Counted from the first letter of the stretch, positions 48,487-58,753 are shown. The stretch: DNA of 64,000 bases from Escherichia coli (GCA_009729775.1 GCA_009729775.1_4081.1); one strand, 5' to 3'. Notes: generated by a model not told the origin, from the letters alone. A program made the numbers and translations.

Positions 48487-48978
48487 TCAACCCCTGTTAA
48501 TACCGTTATCTACAGTTTTCTTTACGTATTTGTAATCGAAATAGAAGTTCCCAGAACCAATACTTTTAAAGTACCACATAATTATAATAACATCAAGTAC
48601 TTCATTATCATATACAGTACTTTGTTGGAAGTAATACTCTTCACTATCCCACGGACCTTCCAGTACTTCACTCGGAATTATAATGTCATTGGAATCGCTG
48701 TCAGTACTGTTGATGGTATCTGTATCATTAATATAGACCATGTACTCATTATGCATATTAATGAAGCATTCATAATCATTAGGGTCGGTATCTAGTATGC
48801 ACGTTTCTGTATCCAGTACGCACGTTTCTGTATCTGAGCAGTCATTATAAAGGAGGTTATCCGGTACATAATATTGAGTACTTGTGTCTTTGAAAACACC
48901 GTAAACTGAACCTTCTTTTGCCATATTCATGTACTCATGAATCTTCTTTGCTTTTTCCAATGAACTCTGTAATGTCAT
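48487..48978 (-). CDS. family A paralog (subgroup MTLQSSLEKAK)
   Basis: motif SEEYYFQQSTVYDNEVL...WYFKS. Confidence 0.65.
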   Translation of the reverse strand: MTLQSSLEKAKKIHEYMNMAKEGSVYGVFKDTSTQYYVPDNLLYNDCSDTETCVLDTETCILDTDPNDYECFINMHNEYMVYINDTDTINSTDSDSNDIIIPSEVLEGPWDSEEYYFQQSTVYDNEVLDVIIIMWYFKSIGSGNFYFDYKYVKKTVDNGINRG

Positions 48979-48987
48979 TTTATAATC

Positions 48988-49347
48988 TCATATATTGAAA
49001 TAATAATTATTCGTTCTTGATGGGGATGGATTAAATACGTTTTCTTTTTCAAATCTCTTCATTTCATTTTGCAAAGAAACCATTTCTTCAAATGTACAGG
49101 AGTACTTATTCTTATCAAACACTAATGCAGCCTGAAATAGTTCACCATCGTCCAGTACTGTATAATCTATAAGACTCTCAGATTCATAGTCATAGTCGTC
49201 ATGTGATACATGAATAAATTTAAAACAAGAATCTTTGTAATGCATATATAAACTCAACTCATGTTCCGAGTCGCCCTTAATAAGATTACAGCACAAGTCC
49301 CATCCTTTAGGTAACTTATAATAGTACATAGAATAATCATATGTCAT
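48988..49347 (-). CDS. family A paralog (subgroup FQxxLVFDKK)
   Basis: motif DDGELFQAALVFDKNKYSCTFEEM. Confidence 0.6.
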   Translation of the reverse strand: MTYDYSMYYYKLPKGWDLCCNLIKGDSEHELSLYMHYKDSCFKFIHVSHDDYDYESESLIDYTVLDDGELFQAALVFDKNKYSCTFEEMVSLQNEMKRFEKENVFNPSPSRTNNYYFNI

Positions 49348-49700
49348 TCTTGAATTCCTAAATTGAATTTGTATTCTTGATTAATACTTGCATTGGGTTT
49401 ATGCAAAGCAGCATACTCTTTCATTTCATTTTGTATTGCAATAACTTCTTCAAATGTACACAAGTACTTCTTATCAAATACTAATGATTCTTGGAATAGT
49501 TCTGCGGTATCCATTAATGTATAGTCCGGCATATCTTGGTGTGGATACTGTAATGAACTGTAATCAATGAATGTAAATTTACCCTGAGTGTAATGAATAT
49601 ACTCATTTGCACTGTGCATTAAATCACCTTTGTTTAAATTACAAAAGTACTGATAACTGTGCTTGAAAGTATGTACTGATATTAAAAAATCAAATTCCAT
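49344..49700 (-). CDS. family A paralog (subgroup FQxxLVFDKK)
   Basis: motif DTAELFQESLVFDKKYLCTFEEV; N-terminal 27 codons duplicated at 50150..50231. Confidence 0.6.
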   Translation of the reverse strand: MEFDFLISVHTFKHSYQYFCNLNKGDLMHSANEYIHYTQGKFTFIDYSSLQYPHQDMPDYTLMDTAELFQESLVFDKKYLCTFEEVIAIQNEMKEYAALHKPNASINQEYKFNLGIQE

Positions 49701-50071
49701 CAGTACTCAACCTCTACATAAATAGATTCAGGAAACTTAGTCATATAATCTTCTGGATAGTTCTGCATTACTTTGATCATTTCTGCCTGTGTAGCACGGA
49801 CGTATTCAATTGGTGCTCCTGGTAAATTCCAGACAGTACTTTCCTGAAAGAATTCCTCTTCTGACAGTACTGTCAGATTTACAAAATCATTACGGTAATT
49901 TTTTGAATCATCATATGTGAAGATTTTAAAAGACCCATTTTCATATAGTACAAGAACAAAATGGGAGAATTTTTGTAATGCACCACCAAGGCTTTCCACG
50001 ACCGCATGATTCAGTGTACAGATGACCTCTTTTTTCCTCATACCGAATTGAATTCTAATTTCTTTTTTCAT
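49700..50071 (-). CDS. family A paralog
   Basis: motif SEEEFFQESTVWN. Confidence 0.6.
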   Translation of the reverse strand: MKKEIRIQFGMRKKEVICTLNHAVVESLGGALQKFSHFVLVLYENGSFKIFTYDDSKNYRNDFVNLTVLSEEEFFQESTVWNLPGAPIEYVRATQAEMIKVMQNYPEDYMTKFPESIYVEVEY

Positions 50072-50229
50072 AAAATCTCCTTCAGATTAGTACTGAATTT
50101 GTACAGAATATTAGAACTGTATACAGCCTCTGTATCTGTATCCATAATCAAATCACCTTTGTTTAAATTACAAAAGTACTGATAACTGTGCTTAAAAGAA
50201 TGTACTGATATTAAAAAATCAAATTCCAT
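50068..50229 (-). pseudogene. chimeric N-terminal fragment of a family A gene (53-codon ORF)
   Basis: First about 27 codons (MEFDFLISVHSFKHSYQYFCNLNKGDL) near-identical to the start of 49344..49700, then unrelated sequence to an early stop; lies inside an 82-bp direct repeat. Confidence 0.45.
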
Positions 50230-50606
50230 CACTCTTCCCCTAGATTGAAATGATTACAAAAATCATCTTCACCAGTACTGCACCAGATGTCTATACATTC
50301 TCTGTGAATACATTTAATTCTACGCTGTAATTCAATCATCTCTTCTAATGTACAGATGTACTTCTTATCAAATACTAATGCCGCCTGAAACAGTGCAGCA
50401 TCATCAAGTACTGTATAGTCCAACATCTCGGTTGCTTTACCCCTAAACCCAGTACTAAAATCCATCAAATAAAAGTCAGCATTCCAGTACTTTAAAATCT
50501 TGTCCCTAGCGTAGTTTAAATCACCCTTGTATAAGTTAGAGTGCGTAACTAACTCACCAGTGTACATCCATGTCCTTGCACAAAATTCATTATATTTTAT
50601 TTCCAT
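50229..50606 (-). CDS. family A paralog (subgroup FQxxLVFDKK)
   Basis: motif DDAALFQAALVFDKKYICTLEEM; start trimmed to MEIKYNEF. Confidence 0.55.
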   Translation of the reverse strand: MEIKYNEFCARTWMYTGELVTHSNLYKGDLNYARDKILKYWNADFYLMDFSTGFRGKATEMLDYTVLDDAALFQAALVFDKKYICTLEEMIELQRRIKCIHRECIDIWCSTGEDDFCNHFNLGEE

Positions 50607-50801
50607 CTTAATCTCTACTATAATTAATAAGGTAAACTCCAATATAAGGAGAACGTTCGGCGGCGGGGTATTTTTTGTTTCAAGAAACATGAACTGTACT
50701 CTGAAAAACACAATATAAAACTTTATATTAAACATATACCTTAGCATGTTTTTCAGCGGAAATTTTTTTGACCCCCTGCGGCCTGTCAAAATGAAACGTC
50801 T

Positions 50802-51026
50802 CTATTTATTCAGCATAGAAAGCTTGATTTCTTCAATCCTTTTCATTGCACAAAGCCTTCGACTCGTCCTCTCGTATATATTCAATACTCGCTGTAATGC
50901 ATTATCTGTATTATCTGGAACTGCAATCTGAACCAAATATGTATCCTTCAAAATAGAATCCATCATGAATTCAAAACCTTTCACACTAAAGCAATATGCC
51001 ACTTCCGGCTCTTCAAACGTAATCAT
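50802..51026 (-). CDS. small hypothetical protein
   Basis: 74 aa ORF. Confidence 0.4.
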   Translation of the reverse strand: MITFEEPEVAYCFSVKGFEFMMDSILKDTYLVQIAVPDNTDNALQRVLNIYERTSRRLCAMKRIEEIKLSMLNK

Positions 51027-51243
51027 AATTCCAATCCCCTATTCCCTCTAACCTTCTAAGATATCTTGCGTAAATTATTTCGAAATATCTGTGCAACGAA
51101 ATTACGGATTGCTCATAATCATCATTCCTGTACATTGTGCATGTCAGAAAATCATTTAACCCAAAATCTAAACTGCACTTGAACTTCTCCTTTGCAATAT
51201 CACTATTACTTGCACTTTTCATAATAAACCCTTTGTACCGCAT
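51013..51243 (-). CDS. small hypothetical protein
   Basis: 76 aa ORF. Confidence 0.4.
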   Translation of the reverse strand: MRYKGFIMKSASNSDIAKEKFKCSLDFGLNDFLTCTMYRNDDYEQSVISLHRYFEIIYARYLRRLEGIGDWNYDYV

Positions 51244-51397
51244 TGGTGTACTGTGAACTCAGCACCACTAATAGGTAATCTATATTGTAAGCACGATTTC
51301 CTCGTTGACTAGCACGGCTGGAATAAAGAATATTATCCACATATGTATTGAACTGATCTTCAAATAACTCTTTCATCAGCATTATCCCATCACATAA

Positions 51398-51940
51398 TCA
51401 TACATTAACAACTTTATCGATGTAATCTTCTAACATATCAATATATCTGGTATTGGTTCTAACTAAAAGGTATGCAAATCCAGAAAACTCCTGTGTATAA
51501 TGCTTTACAGCGTACATACAACGAAGCTTATCATTGTCATACATTGTACTGTACTGAAACAAACTCTCGTCTGATAGCTCTAATAACGCTTGGGCTTCAC
51601 TTCTCGTGAACTTCATAGGGTCATGTACTGCATCACAAAAACAAACCTGTGTCTCGCTATTGAAACCCTGTGATAGATATATACCTTCACACTCTGAACG
51701 CACCGATACTGCATTATAACTATGTGTTGCCCCCATCATATCTGAACTCAAAACTAAAATCAACCCATTTTTATTTTTAATCAACAAATCTGACTTAAGG
51801 GATTTGATCTCCGTATGGGAAATATCACCAAATCTTCCTGGAACTTCAAACTTATCAACGTTGTATACAATCTTTTGTACTTGCTCTTTTAAACGCTTAA
51901 TTGCACTTCTGTCTTTTTCTAATGTATCTAATAAACTCAT
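51398..51940 (-). CDS. family A paralog
   Basis: motif SDESLFQYSTMYD; start trimmed to MSLLDTLEKD. Confidence 0.55.
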   Translation of the reverse strand: MSLLDTLEKDRSAIKRLKEQVQKIVYNVDKFEVPGRFGDISHTEIKSLKSDLLIKNKNGLILVLSSDMMGATHSYNAVSVRSECEGIYLSQGFNSETQVCFCDAVHDPMKFTRSEAQALLELSDESLFQYSTMYDNDKLRCMYAVKHYTQEFSGFAYLLVRTNTRYIDMLEDYIDKVVNV

Positions 51941-51950
51941 TGTACTTTCC

Positions 51951-52295
51951 TTACATATTTGTACCGAACAAAACGGAACTTTGAATGCCATTAATCGACA
52001 CTTCATGTACATATATATTTTGTCTGAATACCTGAAGCAATTGAACTAAACTTTGTTGCATAATAATATGCATATGTACATTATCAAAGGCCGTTTCGTA
52101 TTGGAATCGTGCAGCTTCATCTTCTATGAAATTCGGAACTTGGACTGGATTTTCAAAATTTGTCCTTGTACTGAACTGTACATCATTGTCCTGTACCTTA
52201 ATACCATATGAATTATCATTGTTATCAACTACATCAAATTCAATTAAACTACCATCTTTACTGACGTTTACTATATAAACCGAAAATCGACTCAT
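51951..52295 (-). CDS. family A-like paralog
   Basis: motif EDEAARFQYETAFD. Confidence 0.5.
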   Translation of the reverse strand: MSRFSVYIVNVSKDGSLIEFDVVDNNDNSYGIKVQDNDVQFSTRTNFENPVQVPNFIEDEAARFQYETAFDNVHMHIIMQQSLVQLLQVFRQNIYVHEVSINGIQSSVLFGTNM

Positions 52296-52807
52296 AAACC
52301 TATTTCCTCTAAATCTTTGACAAATGTATCATAATCCGATAATGACAAAAATATGTCTGTACTGATGTTTTGACGTAATGTATTAAACAAATTATGTACC
52401 TGTAATAAATCAGGTGCATAAATCAGGGATTGCTGGAAATACGATTCTTCTGTATCTAATATATCCCTGCACTCTATTTCACGAACTCGTTGGTATATTG
52501 AATTTAATAATACATTTTCATCTTTGAGCATTGGAAGGTATCGGATGTACATGTGCTCCATCATCTCATCCTGGATTGAACCCCTGAACTGCAACACGTA
52601 TTCAAAACACATCACTACATCTTGTAGGTAATTGGCACTGTAATTATTGCTGTAAACAATCTTATGACTTCTGAACTCATCATCATTTCTGAACCAATTG
52701 TCACCTACTTTGGTGTACTTATGACTAAGCTTCCCATCCTCCAACGCTCGAATGAACTTCATAATGTTAATTGCAAAATCATATGAATGATGCTTGTGTT
52801 GATGCAT
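52292..52807 (-). CDS. family A paralog
   Basis: motif TEESYFQQSLIY. Confidence 0.6.
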   Translation of the reverse strand: MHQHKHHSYDFAINIMKFIRALEDGKLSHKYTKVGDNWFRNDDEFRSHKIVYSNNYSANYLQDVVMCFEYVLQFRGSIQDEMMEHMYIRYLPMLKDENVLLNSIYQRVREIECRDILDTEESYFQQSLIYAPDLLQVHNLFNTLRQNISTDIFLSLSDYDTFVKDLEEIGL

Positions 52808-52815
52808 TTTTTACC

Positions 52816-53010
52816 TCAATTCTGTCCGAAAAAATAACCAAAATGTTTAAAGCAAGAAAGCATTACTATGTTCATCACTCTATCATCAAATTCATCTTGT
52901 GTTTCTGCACATAATGTTTCACAGATATTCAAATGTAATAATTCAAGCTGGAAACTGTCGGTGAACCAATCAAACTTACGGTATTTTTGTTTAACATCAA
53001 CTGTAAGCAT
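52816..53010 (-). CDS. small hypothetical protein
   Basis: 64 aa ORF filling the gap between neighbours. Confidence 0.4.
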   Translation of the reverse strand: MLTVDVKQKYRKFDWFTDSFQLELLHLNICETLCAETQDEFDDRVMNIVMLSCFKHFGYFFGQN

Positions 53011-53011
53011 A

Positions 53012-53635
53012 CTATATATCCAACCCTTTTACAACATCTACGAAATGTTCAAACACTTCTTTTGAAAAATAACCACCTTCACAAAAAAGCATACTAAACG
53101 GTGGCAGCATGTCCGATAACTCTTTAGCTAAATTGATTTCTGCTCTTAACTCTTGAACATCAATGATATCATGTACTAAAGATAATTGAAACATGAATGC
53201 ATCTACATCTTCATTCATTTCTGAATTGTAATATAACTCTTCAGGGAATTTGTCGGTTTCGTAATAATAAAAAACTTTATTGTTGAACACACCACTAATA
53301 GGAACATCATTTTCATCTTTCTTTGAAATGTTTGTTTCCCATGACTCTATATTATTAGGAACAAAAAAATCATAGGCTGACTTTGAACCCTGTACTGAAT
53401 CCAACTTTATTCCATAATATTCCGTATCCATGTATTTCTGCTGTAATGTAATACCACGTGTACTGACATTCACTTGGAATATATCATCTTTATCTGGAAC
53501 ACTAAATGGAATACATAACACTGAATTCTCAGGGTATTTGGCAATGAATGCATCCAGCACTTTATTAAGCACCGGAATGGCAATTTTACTGTACTGCATC
53601 AAATCATACATTTTAATTCTGGTCATATCATTCAC
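53012..53635 (-). CDS. family A paralog
   Basis: motif DVDAFMFQLSLVHD. Confidence 0.55.
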   Translation of the reverse strand: MNDMTRIKMYDLMQYSKIAIPVLNKVLDAFIAKYPENSVLCIPFSVPDKDDIFQVNVSTRGITLQQKYMDTEYYGIKLDSVQGSKSAYDFFVPNNIESWETNISKKDENDVPISGVFNNKVFYYYETDKFPEELYYNSEMNEDVDAFMFQLSLVHDIIDVQELRAEINLAKELSDMLPPFSMLFCEGGYFSKEVFEHFVDVVKGLDI

Positions 53636-54167
53636 CTGTGTATGTTTTCACCCTTAGCGATTCAAAATCCCATACATCACTGATTGTACCATTGTGCCTG
53701 TAATCATAATATTCTACTAATACATTATACAATAACTTCAACGATACAAATTCATGATTCCACGGAGCTTTATTCTCATGAACACATTTGGTGATATAAG
53801 GTATAATATATAAACTAAACAACACTAATGGTGAATGTATACATTGCATTTGAAAATATTCTTCTTCTTGCATACAATGTTCAGGAATAATTAGATCATA
53901 ATGTGTCTCAAATAAATGTAAACCTATTGTGGTTTTTTTCGTATCACATGCGTACCATATTGTACTATCCGAAATAAATGGAATGATACCATTATTGTTT
54001 GCAATGTACATCATATGGTAAGAGCGATTTGTCTTGTTAAATATCTCGATACTTTCGATATTACTACAAATCATGTATTCAAGGCAATCAATGATCTTAT
54101 CTTTAAATGTACCAATTTCATTGAATGACATTGCTTTCTGTACTTTTGATACTGTTGTACTGCTCAT
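53628..54167 (-). CDS. family A paralog
   Basis: motif QEEEYFQMQCIH. Confidence 0.55.
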   Translation of the reverse strand: MSSTTVSKVQKAMSFNEIGTFKDKIIDCLEYMICSNIESIEIFNKTNRSYHMMYIANNNGIIPFISDSTIWYACDTKKTTIGLHLFETHYDLIIPEHCMQEEEYFQMQCIHSPLVLFSLYIIPYITKCVHENKAPWNHEFVSLKLLYNVLVEYYDYRHNGTISDVWDFESLRVKTYTGE

Positions 54168-54706
54168 ATGTTATCCTTAAAAAAATCCAAATACTCTTCA
54201 TTGAAAGCATATGTATCATCTTTTTTGTTATGCACCACATAATCATAAAGAGCTATGAATGCAGGGATTATGATCTTACATGATTTATTATTGTATTTGT
54301 GGTACTCCAAATCAACGGTGTTCAATTTAGCAATAAGCATAGCAACAAAGATATCTTCATGGCGATGTACTGTACTGTACTGAAAATACTCATCCTCTCC
54401 AATATCTGGATGATATAACGGTATAACCAAATTATTACGAATTGACATCTTATATTTTTGTAATGCAGCTAAATGTATGAACCACAATCTATCTTCATTG
54501 AAATATGGAAAAATAATTTTGTCTGTGCTAATAAAAATTTCTTCATTTCGATTATTTGTCACAAGAGGTGCATACATTTTAATTTTTGCAGATCTAATAA
54601 TTAAATTAAAAATATAATGAATCTTATGAACTGCACTTGATGCATCTTCGTATGTACTTGGGATTATGAAACTCACTATATGTTCTCCTTTAAAATGATT
54701 ACACAT
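54164..54706 (-). CDS. family A paralog
   Basis: motif GEDEYFQYSTVH; start trimmed to MCNHFKG (uncertain). Confidence 0.5.
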   Translation of the reverse strand: MCNHFKGEHIVSFIIPSTYEDASSAVHKIHYIFNLIIRSAKIKMYAPLVTNNRNEEIFISTDKIIFPYFNEDRLWFIHLAALQKYKMSIRNNLVIPLYHPDIGEDEYFQYSTVHRHEDIFVAMLIAKLNTVDLEYHKYNNKSCKIIIPAFIALYDYVVHNKKDDTYAFNEEYLDFFKDNI

Positions 54707-54758
54707 GATAACAGCTTTGCACTTCTTTGTCAATACCAAAACGAAAAAAGCCCATATC

Positions 54759-55265
54759 TTACGATACAGGCGTGCTGGGAATGTTGATTTGGATTTCATT
54801 GTACAAATCATCAATATATAGACATGAAAAAAACACACTATCTTTTAATATATTGTTGTGATAAAGCATTTTAAATACTACATAAAAAAATAAATCAATA
54901 TCATCGTGGACTAAATTCTGCTGGAACCACCACTCGTCTGTTAAATCTTGTGCATTAAAATCATCAGGAACTTCAATGAACGACATATCACAATCTTCTT
55001 TGTACTCAAACCACATGTCGTCATTCGGATAACGTTCATGCTTCTCTGGGTAACAATTGCTGGGATTAAATGTTAAAATATTAAACCCCGTAGAGCAACG
55101 TTCTTTATTTAAAAATGTATTATTCCATACCTGATATTTTTCACCAACATCAAGCTCTTCTGTTACTGATTTTATTGCACATAATGTACTGTATATTGTT
55201 TCTATCTTGTGAACATATTTAAATGCAGCATCTAAGCTGAACTCTAAATCATACATGTACTGCAT
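54759..55265 (-). CDS. family A paralog
   Basis: motif TDEWWFQQNLVHDD. Confidence 0.55.
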   Translation of the reverse strand: MQYMYDLEFSLDAAFKYVHKIETIYSTLCAIKSVTEELDVGEKYQVWNNTFLNKERCSTGFNILTFNPSNCYPEKHERYPNDDMWFEYKEDCDMSFIEVPDDFNAQDLTDEWWFQQNLVHDDIDLFFYVVFKMLYHNNILKDSVFFSCLYIDDLYNEIQINIPSTPVS

Positions 55266-55585
55266 AAAATTACCTCAACTAAAGCAAGGACTGTATTGAA
55301 TTCCACTATACTTGTAATTCCTTGAAGGTACATGTACTTTGCTACTACATATTTCTGTACTAAATTATAATTTTTAAATTCCTCAAAATTGTAATTCAAA
55401 ATGAAATTTGTACTCAAAAATAACTTATGCATCTCTAATGCACTCTGATAATATTGGTACAACTCTCTGATATCAATACTTTGTAAATCACTTTGTTCAT
55501 ATGTATGATAAGGAATGGCTTCAATTTCAATACGATGAAACCATTCTCTTAACTTATTAATATCAAATGTATTATTCAGCTTCAT
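55244..55585 (-). CDS. hypothetical protein
   Basis: 113 aa ORF. Confidence 0.45.
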   Translation of the reverse strand: MKLNNTFDINKLREWFHRIEIEAIPYHTYEQSDLQSIDIRELYQYYQSALEMHKLFLSTNFILNYNFEEFKNYNLVQKYVVAKYMYLQGITSIVEFNTVLALVEVILCSTCMI

Positions 55586-56138
55586 AACTCAATATCTCCA
55601 TTAAACACTCATAAACACCATCAATCGCATAAGCACAAAAATTGAAATTAATTTTATGATTCTTGTGTAATGGACTATTGTGTACTGTACTAATAAGGAC
55701 ATTATAAAACAACAAACGCACTGGCACAAGCAATGAACCTTGGAAAAATTCTTCCTCTGATTTATATGTATTGTACTCTATTGTTTTGTTCGTTTCTGTA
55801 TCATATTTTACCATTACTAATGGGGAATTTTTATTATACCATGCGTACTCTAAATCATTCTTTCCAATAACAGCACCAGGTGCGAAATCCAAAAGACCAA
55901 TAACACTATGGGCATTTGGTGTATCAGGTGTATTGAATCGTTTATCAAAATGACTCGTGCACGCAATATATGTATTGTACTTCGATGGAATGATACCAAT
56001 ACATTTGTGGATGTGACGCTTGTAATCTTTCTGGGCATTATATAAGGCTGCAACAATACAAGCTAACTTTTGTCCCATAAGGATTGCATTAGCGTAGGTG
56101 TACTGAATTTCATTGCTGGTACGGTACTTCGAGGTCAT
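55572..56138 (-). CDS. family A paralog
   Basis: motif SEEEFFQGSLLV. Confidence 0.6.
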   Translation of the reverse strand: MTSKYRTSNEIQYTYANAILMGQKLACIVAALYNAQKDYKRHIHKCIGIIPSKYNTYIACTSHFDKRFNTPDTPNAHSVIGLLDFAPGAVIGKNDLEYAWYNKNSPLVMVKYDTETNKTIEYNTYKSEEEFFQGSLLVPVRLLFYNVLISTVHNSPLHKNHKINFNFCAYAIDGVYECLMEILSYEAE

Positions 56139-56421
56139 AATATTTCCTTTGCCATATCATGGGCTTAAAATCAATAACAGCTTTCTGTATCTTTTTTAAT
56201 AATAAGACATCATAACCACCCGTATCAATCACTAATTGCTGTTGGAACAATTCTTCATCGGATAATGTATTGAAATCTACAAAATAATCTGTGACTATCG
56301 AATCATTTAAATGTGCCATGTACCAACCTGAACTTCTTGAATAAATCAAATTCCACCCATCGTCATTGTCTTCTAATTCAACATAAATCATATCTGGGGT
56401 ATACATCATTTTATACTTCAT
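56110..56421 (-). CDS. family A paralog
   Basis: motif SDEELFQQQLVID. Confidence 0.6.
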   Translation of the reverse strand: MKYKMMYTPDMIYVELEDNDDGWNLIYSRSSGWYMAHLNDSIVTDYFVDFNTLSDEELFQQQLVIDTGGYDVLLLKKIQKAVIDFKPMIWQRKYYDLEVPYQQ

Positions 56422-56965
56422 AACTATATCCTTGCATTAATAAATCATAAACTACATGGACTAAATTTAATTGAATATAAAATTTTAAACCTTTAATTAA
56501 TGGATTCAAATGCATTGTACTGAATAACATTAGATACATCATCTCATGCGGTTTTGTGATTAATGATTTTTGAAATACTTCAGCTTCATCATAAGGGTCT
56601 ATGAACTGAAATTTGTCTTCATCATAATTTGTATTGGAATGCTGATATATAAAATAATCATCATTGGTATTGTACCACAAATACCCTTCGAATCCTGTAC
56701 TAACACCTTTGGTCAATGGGGATGCTGATACTGGATTTGAACTGATTAATGCACCTACATCAACAATCCCCGTTGTATCATATTCGATTTCAACATCAAT
56801 GTCAATATCAATGTATTTCCTTGCGATATCTGCGTTTATGGACAAATACAAACTACCACCTGTCCTCTGACTCAGGATTCCATCTATCTGCGATATAGGA
56901 TGGTTGTTATTGAGGATAAGCATTATTGTACTTATCTTGTGTGCTAATAACTCTATCTCATTCAT
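56411..56965 (-). CDS. family A paralog
   Basis: motif DEAEVFQKSLIT. Confidence 0.55.
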   Translation of the reverse strand: MNEIELLAHKISTIMLILNNNHPISQIDGILSQRTGGSLYLSINADIARKYIDIDIDVEIEYDTTGIVDVGALISSNPVSASPLTKGVSTGFEGYLWYNTNDDYFIYQHSNTNYDEDKFQFIDPYDEAEVFQKSLITKPHEMMYLMLFSTMHLNPLIKGLKFYIQLNLVHVVYDLLMQGYSYEV

Positions 56966-57298
56966 AATTTACCTTATGGATTCGGGTGCAATAAATGATC
57001 TTGATAACTTAAATGCTCTTGTGATATTGCACTTAAATAATAACTAAAATTTTCAATACCACCCTTTAAATGTATATTGTAATACAACTTAATACTTACT
57101 AATAAAGAATCATTTAAATCATTTATTGCTTTTGTATTAACCACTTTCATTAATGTTCTTCTCTTAAAAATCGTTTGATAGCATAATCTAAATAAAATTC
57201 ATAACACATGCTATCTCTGTTCTTTATCCATATTTTGTAATCGGATTTTATATTACTTAACAAATAATTTGTATTAATTGTGTAATAATCTAATCGCC

Positions 57299-57688
57299 CT
57301 AATCGTGCCATTTAATAGGATACTCCTTTCCTTGTACTACATAAGATATAATCCATCCGTAATGAATAGGACTATTCTTTTCTCCTTTAGGAATAAAATA
57401 TAAAGATGTACTAGGATTATAACTGAATAAATCATTATTGTCAAATGTAAAATGAGATAACGTTATCTTCCTTGTACTTGGACTAATAACATTCTTAACA
57501 CCAAACACGGTATCTTGATATTTCTCTGAAAATTCAAACAATGCATCTGTAATTAAATCATTGAATTCTATACATAATGGTTTAAAAGAACCATCATTAT
57601 CTTTGAATTCCTTATATAAAGAGCTTCTTGTATTCAAAAGAAATATTACTTTTTTAAGATCCTGAACTATTTCTGGATTCATATTCAT
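57299..57688 (-). CDS. hypothetical protein
   Basis: 129 aa ORF. Confidence 0.5.
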   Translation of the reverse strand: MNMNPEIVQDLKKVIFLLNTRSSLYKEFKDNDGSFKPLCIEFNDLITDALFEFSEKYQDTVFGVKNVISPSTRKITLSHFTFDNNDLFSYNPSTSLYFIPKGEKNSPIHYGWIISYVVQGKEYPIKWHD

Positions 57689-57920
57689 TTATCTCATTCT
57701 GTATCTTAAGCATCAAAATTTGCATATTAATTTTTTGTACAAGGTGCTTGATAAATTTCTGTGCCATTTCTTCTTGTTCTTTTGTACCAAGATAAAATAA
57801 CAGATTAAATTCTGATAATCGCAAAGAAAAATCTTCATCACCACCCTTTAAACAAAAATCCCTGTACTTTGTAGCGTACAAATATTGGTTTACCTTTTTA
57901 TAATACCCTGTGTTTTGCAT
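57654..57920 (-). CDS. family B paralog
   Basis: motif LFYLGTKEQEEMAQKFIKHL. Confidence 0.55.
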   Translation of the reverse strand: MQNTGYYKKVNQYLYATKYRDFCLKGGDEDFSLRLSEFNLLFYLGTKEQEEMAQKFIKHLVQKINMQILMLKIQNEINEYESRNSSGS

Positions 57921-58108
57921 ACTATCTCCGTTCGCAACGAATTTATATAATAATGAACAAATTGTTCTTGTGAACGTGTTCCAAGAAAAATAAACATATC
58001 AAACTCTGTTGTTTTTAAATTCAATGCATCTTTTGTAAAATTCCTGTTGAATTCCCTGTACTTTTGGGTCTTCCATTCTTGATTAATTGTCTTGTATATC
58101 GATTTCAA
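57890..58108 (-). CDS. family B paralog
   Basis: motif FIFLGTRSQEQFVHYYINSL. Confidence 0.55.
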   Translation of the reverse strand: MKSIYKTINQEWKTQKYREFNRNFTKDALNLKTTEFDMFIFLGTRSQEQFVHYYINSLRTEIVCKTQGIIKR

Positions 58109-58409
58109 TGATTCTCCCTGACATACCTTGTATTAGCTTATCATACATATCGAGCATCACTTTTTGAATATTAATTAGTACTGGCATCGTGCAAATATCA
58201 ATGTCGTATACTAAGCTGTACTGGAATAATTCATCTTCCTGCATTTGTACTAAATTAGGTAAAGGATAATTGTCTGCCTCTTCATCCTGATACTTGAAAT
58301 GCATAACACCATCCTTTTTGTACAAAAGAATGTCAATATCACCTAACTCTTCTGCATAACCAAAAATACATATACTCGATGTTTTTGCTATATTAAATTT
58401 CATATACAT
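58083..58409 (-). CDS. family A paralog
   Basis: motif QEDELFQYSLVYD. Confidence 0.6.
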   Translation of the reverse strand: MYMKFNIAKTSSICIFGYAEELGDIDILLYKKDGVMHFKYQDEEADNYPLPNLVQMQEDELFQYSLVYDIDICTMPVLINIQKVMLDMYDKLIQGMSGRIIEIDIQDN

Positions 58410-58411
58410 CC

Positions 58412-58753
58412 TTATACATAAATTTGATAGACATTTTGAACAAAATACTTTGGAAGACTACTATATGATATCATCTGCCTTTGTACTTCCTTCATCTCTT
58501 CCAATGTCAATCCCAAAGAATCATCGTGTACTATCATGTACTGAAACTCGTCTTCTTCAGAGATATCAAATAAATTCGGTACTGCAATTATATCAATACC
58601 TACCATCCAAAAAAAAGAATTATTACTTTTTCTGTACTCAAAAAAATTCAAAGAAGAACCACTCTGTAAATCAGATACCATAATGGAACATTCATCGTTA
58701 CGTACAATACAATTGAATTTACGCATTATCTCCACCTCTCTCCGTCTGTACAA
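58412..58753 (-). CDS. family A paralog
   Basis: motif SEEDEFQYMIVHD. Confidence 0.55.
   Translation of the reverse strand: MYRRREVEIMRKFNCIVRNDECSIMVSDLQSGSSLNFFEYRKSNNSFFWMVGIDIIAVPNLFDISEEDEFQYMIVHDDSLGLTLEEMKEVQRQMISYSSLPKYFVQNVYQIYV

Noticed and set aside
57146-57311. 54-codon ORF in the 56966..57298 intergenic gap
   Set aside because: Out of frame and overlapping the 3' end of 57299..57688, no RBS; considered chance.
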